DNA of 64,000 nt from Nitrososphaeria archaeon (GCA_050011875.1 JBEKIG010000011.1:32001-96000); one strand, 5' to 3'; numbered from the stretch's first letter, positions 1-10,748 are shown. The notes: generated by a model not told the origin, from the sequence alone. Translations and numbers: made by a program.

Positions 1-243
1 CGCCTTCATCTGGTCGATAATAGTGAACCCCAGCTTCTCTTTTCCTTTTGCGGTTATAGTGTAGTTTCCTCCTATCACAGAAACCAACTCTTCTTGTCTG
101 AGGGCTTGAAGATGGTCCTTCAATGTAAGAGGTTGCATACCTGTTTTATCAGATATCTGTTTTGAATTAAGAGGGTATTTGCTCTCCCACACCGTTTCCA
201 GAATTTTCTTTTTAACGTCGCTTAGGTCTGTCAATTTATCCAA
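1..243 (-). CDS. Winged helix-turn-helix protein (ArsR-like), N-terminal part; runs off the window start
   Basis: Not in the ORF track. Manual minus-strand translation from TTG at 243 gives MDKLTDLSDVKKKILETVWESKYPLNSKQISDKTGMQPLTLKDHLQALRQEELVSVIGGNYTITAKGKEKLG..., a typical wHTH with a Y-x-IT-x-KG wing. Confidence 0.75.
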   Translation of the reverse strand, partial: MDKLTDLSDVKKKILETVWESKYPLNSKQISDKTGMQPLTLKDHLQALRQEELVSVIGGNYTITAKGKEKLGFTIIDQMKA

Positions 244-360
244 ATGCCTTAAAGATGTCGGTATATATATATATTCTGTCAAAATATTTCATGAGATGCG
301 TTTCATTCGCTCTCAGATTAAGAAAATAATTTTACAAAAGATTTTATTACCGGACATATT

Positions 361-1350
361 ATGAGAGATACAATGGGATATCTAAGACTAGATGATTTAC
401 ACGTCGCCCAAATCGGCACCGGGCGAGTTGGCCGCCCTACTGCCTACACTATTCTGTGTGCTGGGCTTGCGGGAACAATGACGGTGTGCGATACTAAGCC
501 CGGGTTAGCATCTGCTTTTGCGGAGGAACTTAGGCACGTAGTTGTCAGCTTGGGGCTCGACGTTAATATAAACTCCTGCGAGAAGGATGAAGACGTTTAC
601 GATGCGGATATCATACTGGTTTCAGCGGGTAAGCCGAGGGTTCCAGGAGTGAATATGGATAGGCGAGATCTTGCTAAAGAAAATGCGGAAGTAGTGAAGC
701 AAGTTTCTGAAGCTACAGCTCCGAGAAATAGGAGAGCAAAATATGTCGTGATCACGAACCCGGTCGACTCAATGGCTATGATCTGCAAGAAATATTCTAA
801 AGCTGATGTTGTAATAAGCACCGGAACATATCTAGAATCGCTGAGGTTTAGGTCTGAGCTTGCGAAGTCGCTCGAGGTTCCAGCTTCAAAGGTTCGAGGA
901 TGGGTCGGAGGAGAACACGGCGATATGGCGGCTATTCTTTGGTCGACAGCGAAAGCCTTCGATTTCCCTGCTGAGGTTTACGCCACATCCAAAGGTAGGA
1001 CCGTCGACAAAAAAATTATAGAATCTAGGGTTAATGAAGTTTCAAGGTTCATAATAGACGAAATAGGTGGAACAGAATACGGGCCAGCAGCTTCGTTCAG
1101 GGACATAGTTAGAGCGATGATAAAAGATACACGTGAAATCTTCCCGATCGCAACACCTTTTAGATTTGAAGAACTGCCAGAACCAGTTTTTGTTAGCATA
1201 CCGACTTCTGTAGGATGGTCTATTGGAACTCCTCTCTACGAACCCCTATATTACGAAGAAAAGAAGAAGATAGCTGAAGCCGCTAGAGCAATTTATAGAA
1301 CCTACAAAGAAGCGGTTCTATCTTTAGAAGATGGGACTGCACGGAGTTAG
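361..1350 (+). CDS. mdh: Lactate/malate dehydrogenase family protein (malate-type Arg in specificity loop)
   Basis: Rossmann IGTGRVG, AGKPRVPG...RRDL loop, ITNPVD and catalytic GEHGD. Confidence 0.75.
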   Translation: MRDTMGYLRLDDLHVAQIGTGRVGRPTAYTILCAGLAGTMTVCDTKPGLASAFAEELRHVVVSLGLDVNINSCEKDEDVYDADIILVSAGKPRVPGVNMDRRDLAKENAEVVKQVSEATAPRNRRAKYVVITNPVDSMAMICKKYSKADVVISTGTYLESLRFRSELAKSLEVPASKVRGWVGGEHGDMAAILWSTAKAFDFPAEVYATSKGRTVDKKIIESRVNEVSRFIIDEIGGTEYGPAASFRDIVRAMIKDTREIFPIATPFRFEELPEPVFVSIPTSVGWSIGTPLYEPLYYEEKKKIAEAARAIYRTYKEAVLSLEDGTARS

Positions 1351-1459
1351 AAGCAGGGTTCATGTTTAGAGTATAGTTATATCATATTAAAGACTGTGCA
1401 GGTGAACTTTTTTCTGAAAAAACTTAAGAAGCCCTAAGGTTTATCGTCGAGTAAAAGTA

Positions 1460-3019
1460 GTGCCTTGGAAATTGACTGACATAGTTTTCGTATTTGAAGT
1501 TCACCAGCCCATTAGGCTAAAGAAGAATTTTTTCTGGGATCACAATATGTTCCGACGCCTGAGCAAGAAAGAATTTTATGATTTCTATTTTGACAGAGCT
1601 TTAGATAGAGAGATTTTCGAAAGGGCTTGTAGAAAGTGTTACTTCCCATCAAACGCCATCTTACTCCAGCTCATCGACGAATTTAAGGGAGAAAAGAAAA
1701 AGGTTAAAGTTTCATTCAGCATATCCGGGCTCTTTATTGAACAGTGCGAAATGTATGCACCAGACCTGCTGGATTCGTTTAGACAGTTAAGCGAAACCAA
1801 ATGCGTCGAATTCCTAGACCAGACATATTACCACTCTCTATCCGGATTGTACCCGATCAGAGACGAATTCGTTGAAGAAGTTAAAATTCACAGACAAGCA
1901 ATGAAAGACCTTCTCAACTTTGAGCCTTTGACTTTCGAAAACACGGAACTCCTGTATAACAACGCGGTAGCAAAGGCCGTAGAAAAAATGGGCTACATAG
2001 GGATATTTACCGAAGGAGTTGAAAGAATTCTGAAGGGTAAGCTGCCCAACCACCTGTATAAGGCAAAAGGTTGTGAGAAGATTAAGGTCCTCTTAAGGAA
2101 CTACAAGCTTACGGATGACATAGGCTTCAGGTTTTCTAATAGGAGTTGGAGCGAGTGGCCGCTTACGGCCGACAAGTACGCTTCATGGCTCGCGGGGACT
2201 CCAGGACAGTACGTCAACATCTTCCCAGACTACGAGACTTTCGGAGAACATCATTGGCCCGAAACCGGGATACATGAATTTTTAAAGTATCTGCCAAAGG
2301 AAATACTCAAATGGGAAAACCTTCAGATGGCAACACCCTCAGAGGTTGTCAGCGAGTATGATACGTTAGGGGAGATCGACGTGCCCGAGCTTGGTGAGAC
2401 AGTCTCTTGGGCTGACCTTGAGAGGGACACAAGCGGTTGGCTTGGGAACACGATGCAATGGGCATACTATACTGAAACGAGAGAACTCGAGCCTATCGCG
2501 AAGGAATCGAAGGATAAGGAGTTTCTAAGAATCTGGAGATACCTGCTCGCAAGCGATCACCTATACTATATGTTCACGGCAGGTGGTGCACCAGGGGAAG
2601 TGCATAATTACTTCGCTCCCTACAACTCACCAGTGGACGCTTTCATAACTGCTCAAAGTGCCGCTTTAGACTTTGAATCCAGGTTGAAGCTGTATGTCAT
2701 CGCCGCAAACGAGCCATTCCTCTTTTATACAAGTTCAGGAGAGGAAAGTTTCACAGGAATCAAGGCCTGGAGCCTTATGGGGTTGATCGATGCCCTTGAG
2801 AAGGTTACCATTAAATCTTTGGAGTTTCACAATAGTAGAGGCGATTTCGAAGAGTGGGCTCGTTTATCTCTGCGGGATGAGGAGTTATCTGCTAAGTTCG
2901 AGAATGTTCGATCTTCAAAGGTTAAGGGAGAAAGCCTTAGAATCGACCTGTGTGAAGCTACGAAAACACATCTTAAGCAGGTGAAAAAGATGATTGACAT
3001 TGGAACCCGATACTTTTAG
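1460..3019 (+). CDS. Glycoside hydrolase family 57 alpha-amylase with C-terminal DUF5752-like domain
   Basis: GH57 motifs EVHQP, QTYYHSL, NTELLY, DYETFGEH, SWAD, SDHLYYM. C-terminus PFLFYTS...SLEFHNSRGDFEEW is DUF5752-like. Confidence 0.9.
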   Translation: MPWKLTDIVFVFEVHQPIRLKKNFFWDHNMFRRLSKKEFYDFYFDRALDREIFERACRKCYFPSNAILLQLIDEFKGEKKKVKVSFSISGLFIEQCEMYAPDLLDSFRQLSETKCVEFLDQTYYHSLSGLYPIRDEFVEEVKIHRQAMKDLLNFEPLTFENTELLYNNAVAKAVEKMGYIGIFTEGVERILKGKLPNHLYKAKGCEKIKVLLRNYKLTDDIGFRFSNRSWSEWPLTADKYASWLAGTPGQYVNIFPDYETFGEHHWPETGIHEFLKYLPKEILKWENLQMATPSEVVSEYDTLGEIDVPELGETVSWADLERDTSGWLGNTMQWAYYTETRELEPIAKESKDKEFLRIWRYLLASDHLYYMFTAGGAPGEVHNYFAPYNSPVDAFITAQSAALDFESRLKLYVIAANEPFLFYTSSGEESFTGIKAWSLMGLIDALEKVTIKSLEFHNSRGDFEEWARLSLRDEELSAKFENVRSSKVKGESLRIDLCEATKTHLKQVKKMIDIGTRYF

Positions 3020-3070
3020 TGCGGAAAGTTAAAGATTTCAAGTAAAAAAGGGTAGGATACACCAACATCA

Positions 3071-3682
3071 CTATCGCGTTGAGACTACAACGGTTCCGGC
3101 ATATCTGTCACTAAATTTTTGTTTATAATCGGTTTGAGTAGCAAGTCCTATTACTACGTCCAATAATAGTAGGATCCAGTAAATTTTGCTTATGTTTCTT
3201 ATGAAAGCCTGACCTAATGTTGGCCTTTCACCATTCGACCTTGTCACTTTCAAGCCCATAATAGATTTTCCAAGTGTCGCACCCCATGTTATTTCTGAAA
3301 GGGGGAAGTACAGAATCAACCCTATGCCTACAATCAGCGGAAAAGAAAAGAAGTTAAACCAAGCTGAAAGGGTTGTAAAGAACTGTCCTGCCGCAATCTG
3401 GGAAATAAGATAGGGTATGAAAATGATTAATGCTGCTACTCCCACAATAATGGCTATTACAACCGCATCTATGACTAGGGCCACGAGTCTCCGTATCCAG
3501 TAGTTTTGCGCCTGCTGGTTTTTAACTATCGCATCAATGCCGCTGATCGGTGTATTTAGTGGTGGGGTTGAAGGAGGTGGGGTCGGAATAGCTGAAACCT
3601 TCCCAGGTACGGGGGCTCCACAGTTTGGACAGAATGTTGCTTCGTCCGGAATCAGTTTACCACATTTGGTGCAATAGGGCAT
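3071..3682 (-). CDS. Zinc-ribbon + RDD family membrane protein
   Basis: N-terminal CxxC..CxxC, RRLVALVID, GATLGKSIMGLKV, DRYAGTVVV. Confidence 0.85.
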   Translation of the reverse strand: MPYCTKCGKLIPDEATFCPNCGAPVPGKVSAIPTPPPSTPPLNTPISGIDAIVKNQQAQNYWIRRLVALVIDAVVIAIIVGVAALIIFIPYLISQIAAGQFFTTLSAWFNFFSFPLIVGIGLILYFPLSEITWGATLGKSIMGLKVTRSNGERPTLGQAFIRNISKIYWILLLLDVVIGLATQTDYKQKFSDRYAGTVVVSTR

Positions 3683-3839
3683 AATTTCTCGCGTCCCCTA
3701 TTTAGCTATTACAACTTAAAGTTTACCTTTGAAGGCAGAGGTTTCACAATTCCACGAAAAACGAACCTTACAGGCAGCTACCAAAATATAGCAAACCTCT
3801 TAAGCGCTCTAATAAAAAGAATATTGGCTGATAACAACA

Positions 3840-4520
3840 TTGGAAATTGTAGAGGGAATTCACAATATACCTGGGTTAAGGGGAGCGAACGTATACTTAG
3901 TCATAGATGAAGAGACATTGACCGTTGTCGACACGGGCATGCCAGGAAATGAAAGTAAAATCATTGATTATATTAAAAGAATTGGAATGGATCCTTCACA
4001 GGTAAAGAACATAGTGTTGACCCATTCTGATATTGATCATTCAGGCAGTGCTGCAAAGTTGAAAGAAATGACTAACGCCAAGGTGATGATTCATGAAGCT
4101 GACGCGCCCAGACTTTCTGAGGAAAAGGAACTGAAGAAGGTAAAGGGCTTCTTTGGCGTAGTCATGAAAGTTGCCGGCATCATGATAAAGTTCACCCCTG
4201 TAAAACCAGACGTGACTCTTAAGAATTTAGATAAAGTGGGCAATATGACAGTATTACATACACCTGGTCACACTGAGGGCAGCATTTGTCTATACATAAC
4301 AGGTAAAGCTATTTTTGCAGGTGATTTGGTTAGGGTAAACAATAATAAGATGCTTGAGCTTCCTCCAAAGTTCGTTAACTTGGATATGGATATGCTAAAA
4401 GTTTCCCTCAAGAAGGTGTCTGAACTTGAATACTCTGTCCTGCTACCTGGTCACGGTCCCCCTTTAACCCAGAAGGCGTCAGATGTCGTTAAAGAATTCG
4501 TAGCAAGAGAAATCAAATGA
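3840..4520 (+). CDS. MBL-fold metallo-hydrolase
   Basis: THSDIDHSG, HTPGHT, GD and PGHG motifs. Confidence 0.9.
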   Translation: MEIVEGIHNIPGLRGANVYLVIDEETLTVVDTGMPGNESKIIDYIKRIGMDPSQVKNIVLTHSDIDHSGSAAKLKEMTNAKVMIHEADAPRLSEEKELKKVKGFFGVVMKVAGIMIKFTPVKPDVTLKNLDKVGNMTVLHTPGHTEGSICLYITGKAIFAGDLVRVNNNKMLELPPKFVNLDMDMLKVSLKKVSELEYSVLLPGHGPPLTQKASDVVKEFVAREIK

Positions 4521-4629
4521 CTATATAAAGTTGAACACTAAAAAATTCCGGATGCACTTTAAATCGAACATACTTTGATAAAGCGCTATATTTAAGTTAT
4601 AAGTTAATTATATCACTGAGGGGTTAAAA

Positions 4630-5595
4630 TTGATATCGCTTGTTAGCTCGGTTTCGAACGCTAAGGGTTTGATGGCTGAAAGGTTAGAGGGTGTTGAGGT
4701 AACCCGTGGAACAACTTTGGTGAAGCGTGGTTTCGCTCACATGTTGAAGCACGGCGTCATTATGGATGTCACTAATGTGGAGCAGGCTCGGATAGCTGAG
4801 GATGCCGGAGCTGTTGCTGTGATGGTTCTGGACAAGCTCCCATACGATGTTAGGAAGGCTGGAGGCGTCGCCCGAACTGCCAGCATAGAAGTCATCCAGT
4901 CTATATTAGATCATGTTACAATTCCTGTTATGGCGAAATGCCGCATCGGACACACTTATGAGGCAAAGGTTTTAGAAGAATCGGGGGTTGACATGATCGA
5001 CGAATCCGAAGTTCTCACGCCGACCGATGAAAAGAGGCATATATGGAAGTGGGATTTCACCACACCGTTTGTTGATGGAGCTAGAAACCTCGGAGAAGCC
5101 TTGAGGAGGATTGAGGAGGGAGCCGCCATGATAAGGACCAAGGGTGAACCAGGCACCGGGAACGTTGCTGAAGCTGTTAAGCACATCCGTATCGTAAATG
5201 AAGAGATAAGGCGCGTTAGAGCCATCTACGAAGACGGGGACGAGCAGGAGCTAATCGGAATCGCTAGGGAGCTCGGCGTCTCATACGAGATAGTAGTAGA
5301 AACAGGAAGGTTGGGTAGACTACCTGTTGTGAACTTTGCAGCAGGAGGCATAGCGACATCGGCTGACGCTGCTCTTATGATGACTCTCAAGTGCGATGGA
5401 GTCTTCGTAGGCTCTGGCATCTTCAAGTCAGAAGATCCTGCCGAGAGAGCAAGAGCCATTGTTTTAGCCACAACCTTCTATAACGACCCCTCAATCGTGA
5501 CTGAGGCGCAGAAGATGATTGATGAGAGAAAGTCCATGCTGGGCTTCGACGTAGAGAACTTGGAACTGAAGATGCAGGAAAGGGGGACAGATTGA
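4630..5595 (+). CDS. pdxS: Pyridoxal 5'-phosphate synthase lyase subunit PdxS
   Basis: [59 protein letters not shown]; overlaps pdxT. Confidence 0.97.
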   Translation: MISLVSSVSNAKGLMAERLEGVEVTRGTTLVKRGFAHMLKHGVIMDVTNVEQARIAEDAGAVAVMVLDKLPYDVRKAGGVARTASIEVIQSILDHVTIPVMAKCRIGHTYEAKVLEESGVDMIDESEVLTPTDEKRHIWKWDFTTPFVDGARNLGEALRRIEEGAAMIRTKGEPGTGNVAEAVKHIRIVNEEIRRVRAIYEDGDEQELIGIARELGVSYEIVVETGRLGRLPVVNFAAGGIATSADAALMMTLKCDGVFVGSGIFKSEDPAERARAIVLATTFYNDPSIVTEAQKMIDERKSMLGFDVENLELKMQERGTD

Positions 5596-6209
5596 AACAT
5601 TTAACCATAGGTGTCTTCGGCCTTCAGGGCGATATAGAGGAACATGTAGCTATAACGAAAATTACTCTAGACCAGATGAGATTGGACGGTGCAGTTATCT
5701 GGGCCAAGACCGAGAAAGACATAGAAAACTTAGATGGACTTATAATACCGGGCGGCGAAAGCACAGTTATAGGAAGATTAGCAGACTACAACAAAGCACT
5801 GAAAGCCGTTAAGGAAAGGATATACGCCGGCATGCCTGTGCTTGGAACATGCGCAGGCTTCATCATGCTTGCCAAAAAAACTTCTGACCGGGTAGTGGCT
5901 GACGTTAAGCAGCCAATTCTAGGCGTTATGGATGTAGTGGTTGAACGGAACGCCTTCGGCAGACAAAAGGAATCCTTTGAGGTTGACTTAGAGATTCCGG
6001 CTCTCGGTAAAAAAACGTTTAGAGGAATATTCATCAGATCCCCCGCAATACGGGAGACTGGACCAGAAGTTGAAACCCTATGCAAACTCAAAGAAACCAT
6101 AGTCGCCGCACAACAACACAACATCATAGGCATAGCCTTCCACCCCGAACTCACAAACGACACAAGACTCCACAAATACTTCATAAAAACCATTACAAAA
6201 ATCTCATAA
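5592..6209 (+). CDS. pdxT: Pyridoxal 5'-phosphate synthase glutaminase subunit PdxT
   Basis: [35 protein letters not shown]. Confidence 0.97.
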   Translation: MKHLTIGVFGLQGDIEEHVAITKITLDQMRLDGAVIWAKTEKDIENLDGLIIPGGESTVIGRLADYNKALKAVKERIYAGMPVLGTCAGFIMLAKKTSDRVVADVKQPILGVMDVVVERNAFGRQKESFEVDLEIPALGKKTFRGIFIRSPAIRETGPEVETLCKLKETIVAAQQHNIIGIAFHPELTNDTRLHKYFIKTITKIS

Positions 6210-6570
6210 CTATCTTTAGCCTAATGCCCTTCATTGGAGAAAAAGATAGGGCAAATAAAGAAAGATTCTTCGAGCAACTTAGAGGGAACGTTCCTAATAA
6301 AAAGTATAATGAATAACTATATGACTATGTAAATTAGAGAAAGGAACTCGAAGTAAGAGCATCCTAGATTTTCGAAACTACTATCATATTTTAAACACAG
6401 AATTTTTTTTCTTGTAGTCTCTTAAAGTGTCCAAGTTCTTTGTCTCTTAATATCTTCTGTTCTGGATATTAGTAGATACCTACATGTGTGTTTTAATTCT
6501 TTCTATTGAGTGATCACGAGATGTCTTATAATGAGATATTTTCTTTTAACCCTGTGCTCCTATCTTGAAT

Positions 6571-7467
6571 TTATTCTTTTTCTGCTTTCTTGGTTGCTTC
6601 CTTTGCCATATTTGCAAGGTCTTTGATTCCGTAGAGTCCATATACAGGCATACTGGTTGTTGTACCGTCTGTTGAACCGGCTGTTGAACTGGTTGTTGAA
6701 GCAGCTGTTGAAGCAGCTGTTGAACCGGCTATTGGCATATTAGCTGGCATCAGTATTATCGTATTCTTTCCCTGCAATCCAAGCTCATAGATTATGTTCA
6801 TCCACTTTAATTGGAAGGCTATATCTTGTCCCTTGTACAGGTTCGCGGCATCCACCATCTTCTGTGCCACTTCGTATTCCGCCATAGCCAATATCACTCT
6901 AGACCTCCTTTCCCTTTCAGCTTGAGCTTGTCTTGACATGGCATCCTGTAGAGCCTGCGGTAATCCGACGTCTCTAATTTCGACTGCAGTAACTTTTATT
7001 CCCCAAGCCTCCGTCTTCGAATCTATAATTCCTCTAGCGATAGCACCAACCTTTTCCCTTTCAGTTAGCAACTCATCGAATGAAGCCTGACCAATGACCT
7101 CTCTGAGTGTTGTCTGGGCGGCTAATTGCGTCGCATAATTAAAATCCTCTGCACCCAAAACGACCTTTTGTAGGTCAACAGGTTGGAAGTACATAACGGA
7201 GTCAACTACTACTGGCACGTTGTCCTTTGTCAAAGTCTGTTCAGTCTTAAACGAAACCACCTGTAGCCTGGTCGATATGACAAATGGTACCCTTGATATA
7301 AACGGTGGAACATATATTACACCAGGACCTTTGAGACCTCTGTATCGACCCAGTGTAAGAAGAGGAGCCCTCTCCCATTCTTTGAGTATCTTGATCCCGC
7401 TGAGAAATATTGCTATAACTATCAGAATTATTATTACTAGGATAGAAAGAGTAGCTACATCCATCAA
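6571..7467 (-). CDS. SPFH/stomatin-like (slipin) membrane protein
   Basis: N-terminal TM, LTKDNVPV, AQTTLREVIG, WGIKVTAVEIRDV, QAQAERERR; downstream of nfeD. Confidence 0.92.
   Translation of the reverse strand: MMDVATLSILVIIILIVIAIFLSGIKILKEWERAPLLTLGRYRGLKGPGVIYVPPFISRVPFVISTRLQVVSFKTEQTLTKDNVPVVVDSVMYFQPVDLQKVVLGAEDFNYATQLAAQTTLREVIGQASFDELLTEREKVGAIARGIIDSKTEAWGIKVTAVEIRDVGLPQALQDAMSRQAQAERERRSRVILAMAEYEVAQKMVDAANLYKGQDIAFQLKWMNIIYELGLQGKNTIILMPANMPIAGSTAASTAASTTSSTAGSTDGTTTSMPVYGLYGIKDLANMAKEATKKAEKE
6670..6729. repeat. Five tandem 12-bp units (TGTTGAAnnnGn) encoding a Ser/Thr/Ala tract in the stomatin C-terminus
   Basis: Units tgttgaaccggc, tgttgaactggt, tgttgaagcagc, tgttgaagcagc, tgttgaaccggc encode AGST AAST AAST TSST AGST. 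Confidence 0.85.
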
Positions 7468-7548
7468 CTTTCACCTTAAAAATGTGTAATTAGAACCTCC
7501 TATTAATCTTTTCTCTTCCAATCCGATGTTTACTGGATATCTAGTCGA

Positions 7549-8847
7549 TCAAGTTTTCTCAACGATGAGCTTGAGCTTTTCTATTGACTTTATCCTTACG
7601 GATTCGCCCTTTAAAACGTCTCCTGAAATTGACTTCGCTTTCCAGATTATACCTTCTACTCTTACATCACCTTCGGGGTTTAGATCTGTTATCGCGACAC
7701 CAATCTTTCCCACAACCGACTCCGGTCCTGTCAGCTTACCTCCGCGCCTTAAAGGCCCTATCACCCACCTGGAGTAGAGACCTGCGACTATGCCGATAAC
7801 TATTACCATAAAGATTTCTAGTCCCGTTACTGAAGTAATAGGTGAGGGTGAATAGGGTATTCCGTATGTCAGCAATATTATGCCTAACGCTCCAAGTACT
7901 ACGCCCCCCATAAGCGCGAAACCATGGCCAAGCTTCAATTCGAGGATAATTAGGACGGCGGCAGCTGCTAAGACGACATAGCCGAGTACTGAAGCATCTA
8001 TTACCTCGCCTCCAATGAGACCGGCTATAATCGCCACACCGCCAACTATACTGAGAAGTATGGTGGGATGGTAGACGTCTAAAACAATAGCGACTATCCC
8101 AAGCAGAATCAGTATGCCGTCGAGTGTCGAGTCACTCAGGGCACTGAGGAATTGTTGATACACATTCTCATTAAAGGTGACCTGTGGGCTTCCTGAAAGT
8201 CCAAATATGCTGATCGCTTCGCTTAATGAGCCTGCAAATCCGTTACTCACATGATAACTGAACGCTTGGTCAGCTGAGAACGCCTGGTCATATTGTACCA
8301 TGTTGTAAGCTGCGGTTGTGTTCCTTCCCCATTCCTGAGCCAGGCTGACCAAGAGTTGCAGCATCGCGGCCTGGGTGTGATTCTGCTCCAAGGCAGTGCC
8401 TCCTATCACTTCAGGCGTGCTGGGACCGATCAGGGAACCTGGACCCATCAAAATCTTGTTTGTAGCCATCGCTATATAGCTACCAGCGGACGCTGCTAGG
8501 CCATTTGGTACGACGTAGGTGTAGACCGGTATTCCTGATTGGTTAGCCTCCGTTATATAAGAAATTATGTTGATCATGTCGCTGAGAAGCCCACCTGGAG
8601 TATTCATCACAATAACTATTGCCGAGGCCTTCTGGCTTAAGGCGTAATTAATAGCTCCCTGGACGAAAGCAGATGAGCCCGGGTCAACGGCAACATCAAA
8701 ATTTATTATTACGACAGAGCCTGGAGGGGAATCAGCTGAGACAGTATGGGCACCTGCGAAGCAGTTGACCAACAATAAAAGAAAAAGTAACAGGAACATC
8801 CAATGTAAAGCATTAAACTTATTTAAGGCTCTATATCGTTTTTCCAA
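7549..8847 (-). CDS. nfeD: NfeD family (stomatin operon partner) protein with ClpP-like N-domain, TM block and OB domain
   Basis: NTPGG, AASAG, GRN, multiple TMs, C-terminal GKIGVAITDLNPEGDVRVEGIIWKA. Confidence 0.88.
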   Translation of the reverse strand: MEKRYRALNKFNALHWMFLLLFLLLLVNCFAGAHTVSADSPPGSVVIINFDVAVDPGSSAFVQGAINYALSQKASAIVIVMNTPGGLLSDMINIISYITEANQSGIPVYTYVVPNGLAASAGSYIAMATNKILMGPGSLIGPSTPEVIGGTALEQNHTQAAMLQLLVSLAQEWGRNTTAAYNMVQYDQAFSADQAFSYHVSNGFAGSLSEAISIFGLSGSPQVTFNENVYQQFLSALSDSTLDGILILLGIVAIVLDVYHPTILLSIVGGVAIIAGLIGGEVIDASVLGYVVLAAAAVLIILELKLGHGFALMGGVVLGALGIILLTYGIPYSPSPITSVTGLEIFMVIVIGIVAGLYSRWVIGPLRRGGKLTGPESVVGKIGVAITDLNPEGDVRVEGIIWKAKSISGDVLKGESVRIKSIEKLKLIVEKT

Positions 8848-8970
8848 GGAAACGCACCTTCCTCGGATAAAAACGCTGTGAACCAGCTTGATAAGGTTTT
8901 TGATATCTATTAGATTTTAATCGAAAAAATATTTAAAATGGCAAAGAACGCATCCTCTTAAAGTGAAGAT

Positions 8971-9525
8971 ATGCCTCCACACTGCGATACAATGGATGGG
9001 CCTGTTATCAAAGCGGCCAAAAAGGCGTTGGAAACAGGAAATATTAGTTTTATTCTTCCTTGGGTTCCAAAAAAAGCTGAGGAAGAATTGGAAAGGGCCT
9101 TTACACGAACTTTGTATGTGGGAACATTGAGCAAGGAAGCCGAGGAGCTTGCGGACTATTGGTTCTTCGAGACCGCCGTGCGATTGCACAGGAAGGGGGA
9201 AGGAGCACCCTATACGGGATTGAAACCTGCAGGACTCGATGAAGGTCCAGTTATACCTAAAGCCGAAAAAGCTATAGAACAAGAAAATGCAAAAGAGCTA
9301 ATAGAACTGCTTTCAAACTCTATAAAAGAAGAGCTGCAAAAAAAGTTGACACATACAGTATCTCTGAAGAACTATAAAGAAGATGATATTGATGCTGCTA
9401 GAGAATATGTAGAAGCTATGCTCGATTTCACGTTATATTCCAATAAATTGTATAATTTCATAAAGGGATCAGAAGGACATGAAGTTGAAGGATATGAACA
9501 CAAATCTGAGGATAGGACCCGATAG
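8971..9525 (+). CDS. DUF6448-like protein (HCDTMDGP N-terminus)
   Basis: HCDTMDGPV, FFETAVRLHR.GEGAPYTGLKPAG, AAREYVEAML. Confidence 0.75.
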   Translation: MPPHCDTMDGPVIKAAKKALETGNISFILPWVPKKAEEELERAFTRTLYVGTLSKEAEELADYWFFETAVRLHRKGEGAPYTGLKPAGLDEGPVIPKAEKAIEQENAKELIELLSNSIKEELQKKLTHTVSLKNYKEDDIDAAREYVEAMLDFTLYSNKLYNFIKGSEGHEVEGYEHKSEDRTR

Positions 9526-9702
9526 GAAACCGGATCCACAATATCAAGCTCCATTTAATTTAATTCGTATTATCATGTAAAGAATATTTCTAGCAAGCAA
9601 ACATCTAATAGAATTATCACGTTATTTGTCGCATCTATCTCTAAAAAATTCGATTAAACAAAAAGATTTTAAACATGAAAAATAATTTGATTTAGAACAA
9701 GA

Positions 9703-10653
9703 GTGGAATACATTAATTTGGGTAAGAGTGGAATAAAAATTTCTAGGATAGGTTTAGGTGCTTGGCAAGCAAACGTAAAACAATGGGGTCAAGACTTCAC
9801 CGAAGAAGACCTTATGAAAGCTATGAAGAAATCGTATGAGCTTGGTATCAACCTAATCGATACTGCTGAGTCCTATGCTGATGGACATTCTGAGGAAATA
9901 GTTGGTAGAGTGGCAAAGGAAATAGGGCGTGACAATCTTGTCATCGCTACAAAGGTTCATGGAGTGCATTGTCGATACGATGACGTTTTGAGAGCCGCTG
10001 AAAAAAGTCTTAAAAGACTAGATGTGAAAGAAATAGACCTGTATCAGGTTCACTGGCCTGACCCTTGGGAGCAAATTCCATTAAAAGAGACCATGGGCGC
10101 TTTAGAGAAGCTTTTCAAAGAAGGAAAGATCAGAGCTATAGGAGTAAGCAACTTTGCTGTAAGGGACTTAAAAGAAGCCCGAGGCTATCTTTCTACCACA
10201 GACATTGTTTCTAATCAACTAAGATACAATATGATTCAGAGAGAAATAGAGCAGGAAGTTCTAAAATACTGTAAAAGGGAAAAAATGACAGTCATAGCGT
10301 GGAGCCCTCTAGCGCAGGGCATCCTGACAGGAAAATATGATGTAAACAATAAACCTAAAGATTCTGCGAGATCGGATAATAGGCTGTTCTACGATCATAA
10401 CCTTAAAGAAATATCGAAACTGCTTAAGGTTCTCAAAGGGATAGCGGATTCCAAGGGAAAAACAATGGGACAGGTGGCTTTAAACTGGCTTATGAAGGAA
10501 AAAAACGTTGTTCCTATTCCGGGTGCAAAGAATCCAGATCAAGCCGTAGAAAACGCGAACGCTTGTGGCTGGAACCTGAGCAGTCAAGATCTCAAGAACA
10601 TAGATTCTATTCTTAAGACCATCTCTTTAAGCTACTACAAGTATTACGATTAG
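9703..10653 (+). CDS. Aldo/keto reductase
   Basis: IDTAESY, IATKV, DLYQVHWP, IGVSNF, AWSPLAQG, PIPGAK. Confidence 0.93.
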   Translation: MEYINLGKSGIKISRIGLGAWQANVKQWGQDFTEEDLMKAMKKSYELGINLIDTAESYADGHSEEIVGRVAKEIGRDNLVIATKVHGVHCRYDDVLRAAEKSLKRLDVKEIDLYQVHWPDPWEQIPLKETMGALEKLFKEGKIRAIGVSNFAVRDLKEARGYLSTTDIVSNQLRYNMIQREIEQEVLKYCKREKMTVIAWSPLAQGILTGKYDVNNKPKDSARSDNRLFYDHNLKEISKLLKVLKGIADSKGKTMGQVALNWLMKEKNVVPIPGAKNPDQAVENANACGWNLSSQDLKNIDSILKTISLSYYKYYD

Positions 10654-10748
10654 AGCTTTACCAGATGACATAACCTGTTAGATACACTTTTTTATGCTAA
10701 AGTAGAAGTCGAGTTGCTATCATCTGATCTAGACTTTAAAACCTTAAA

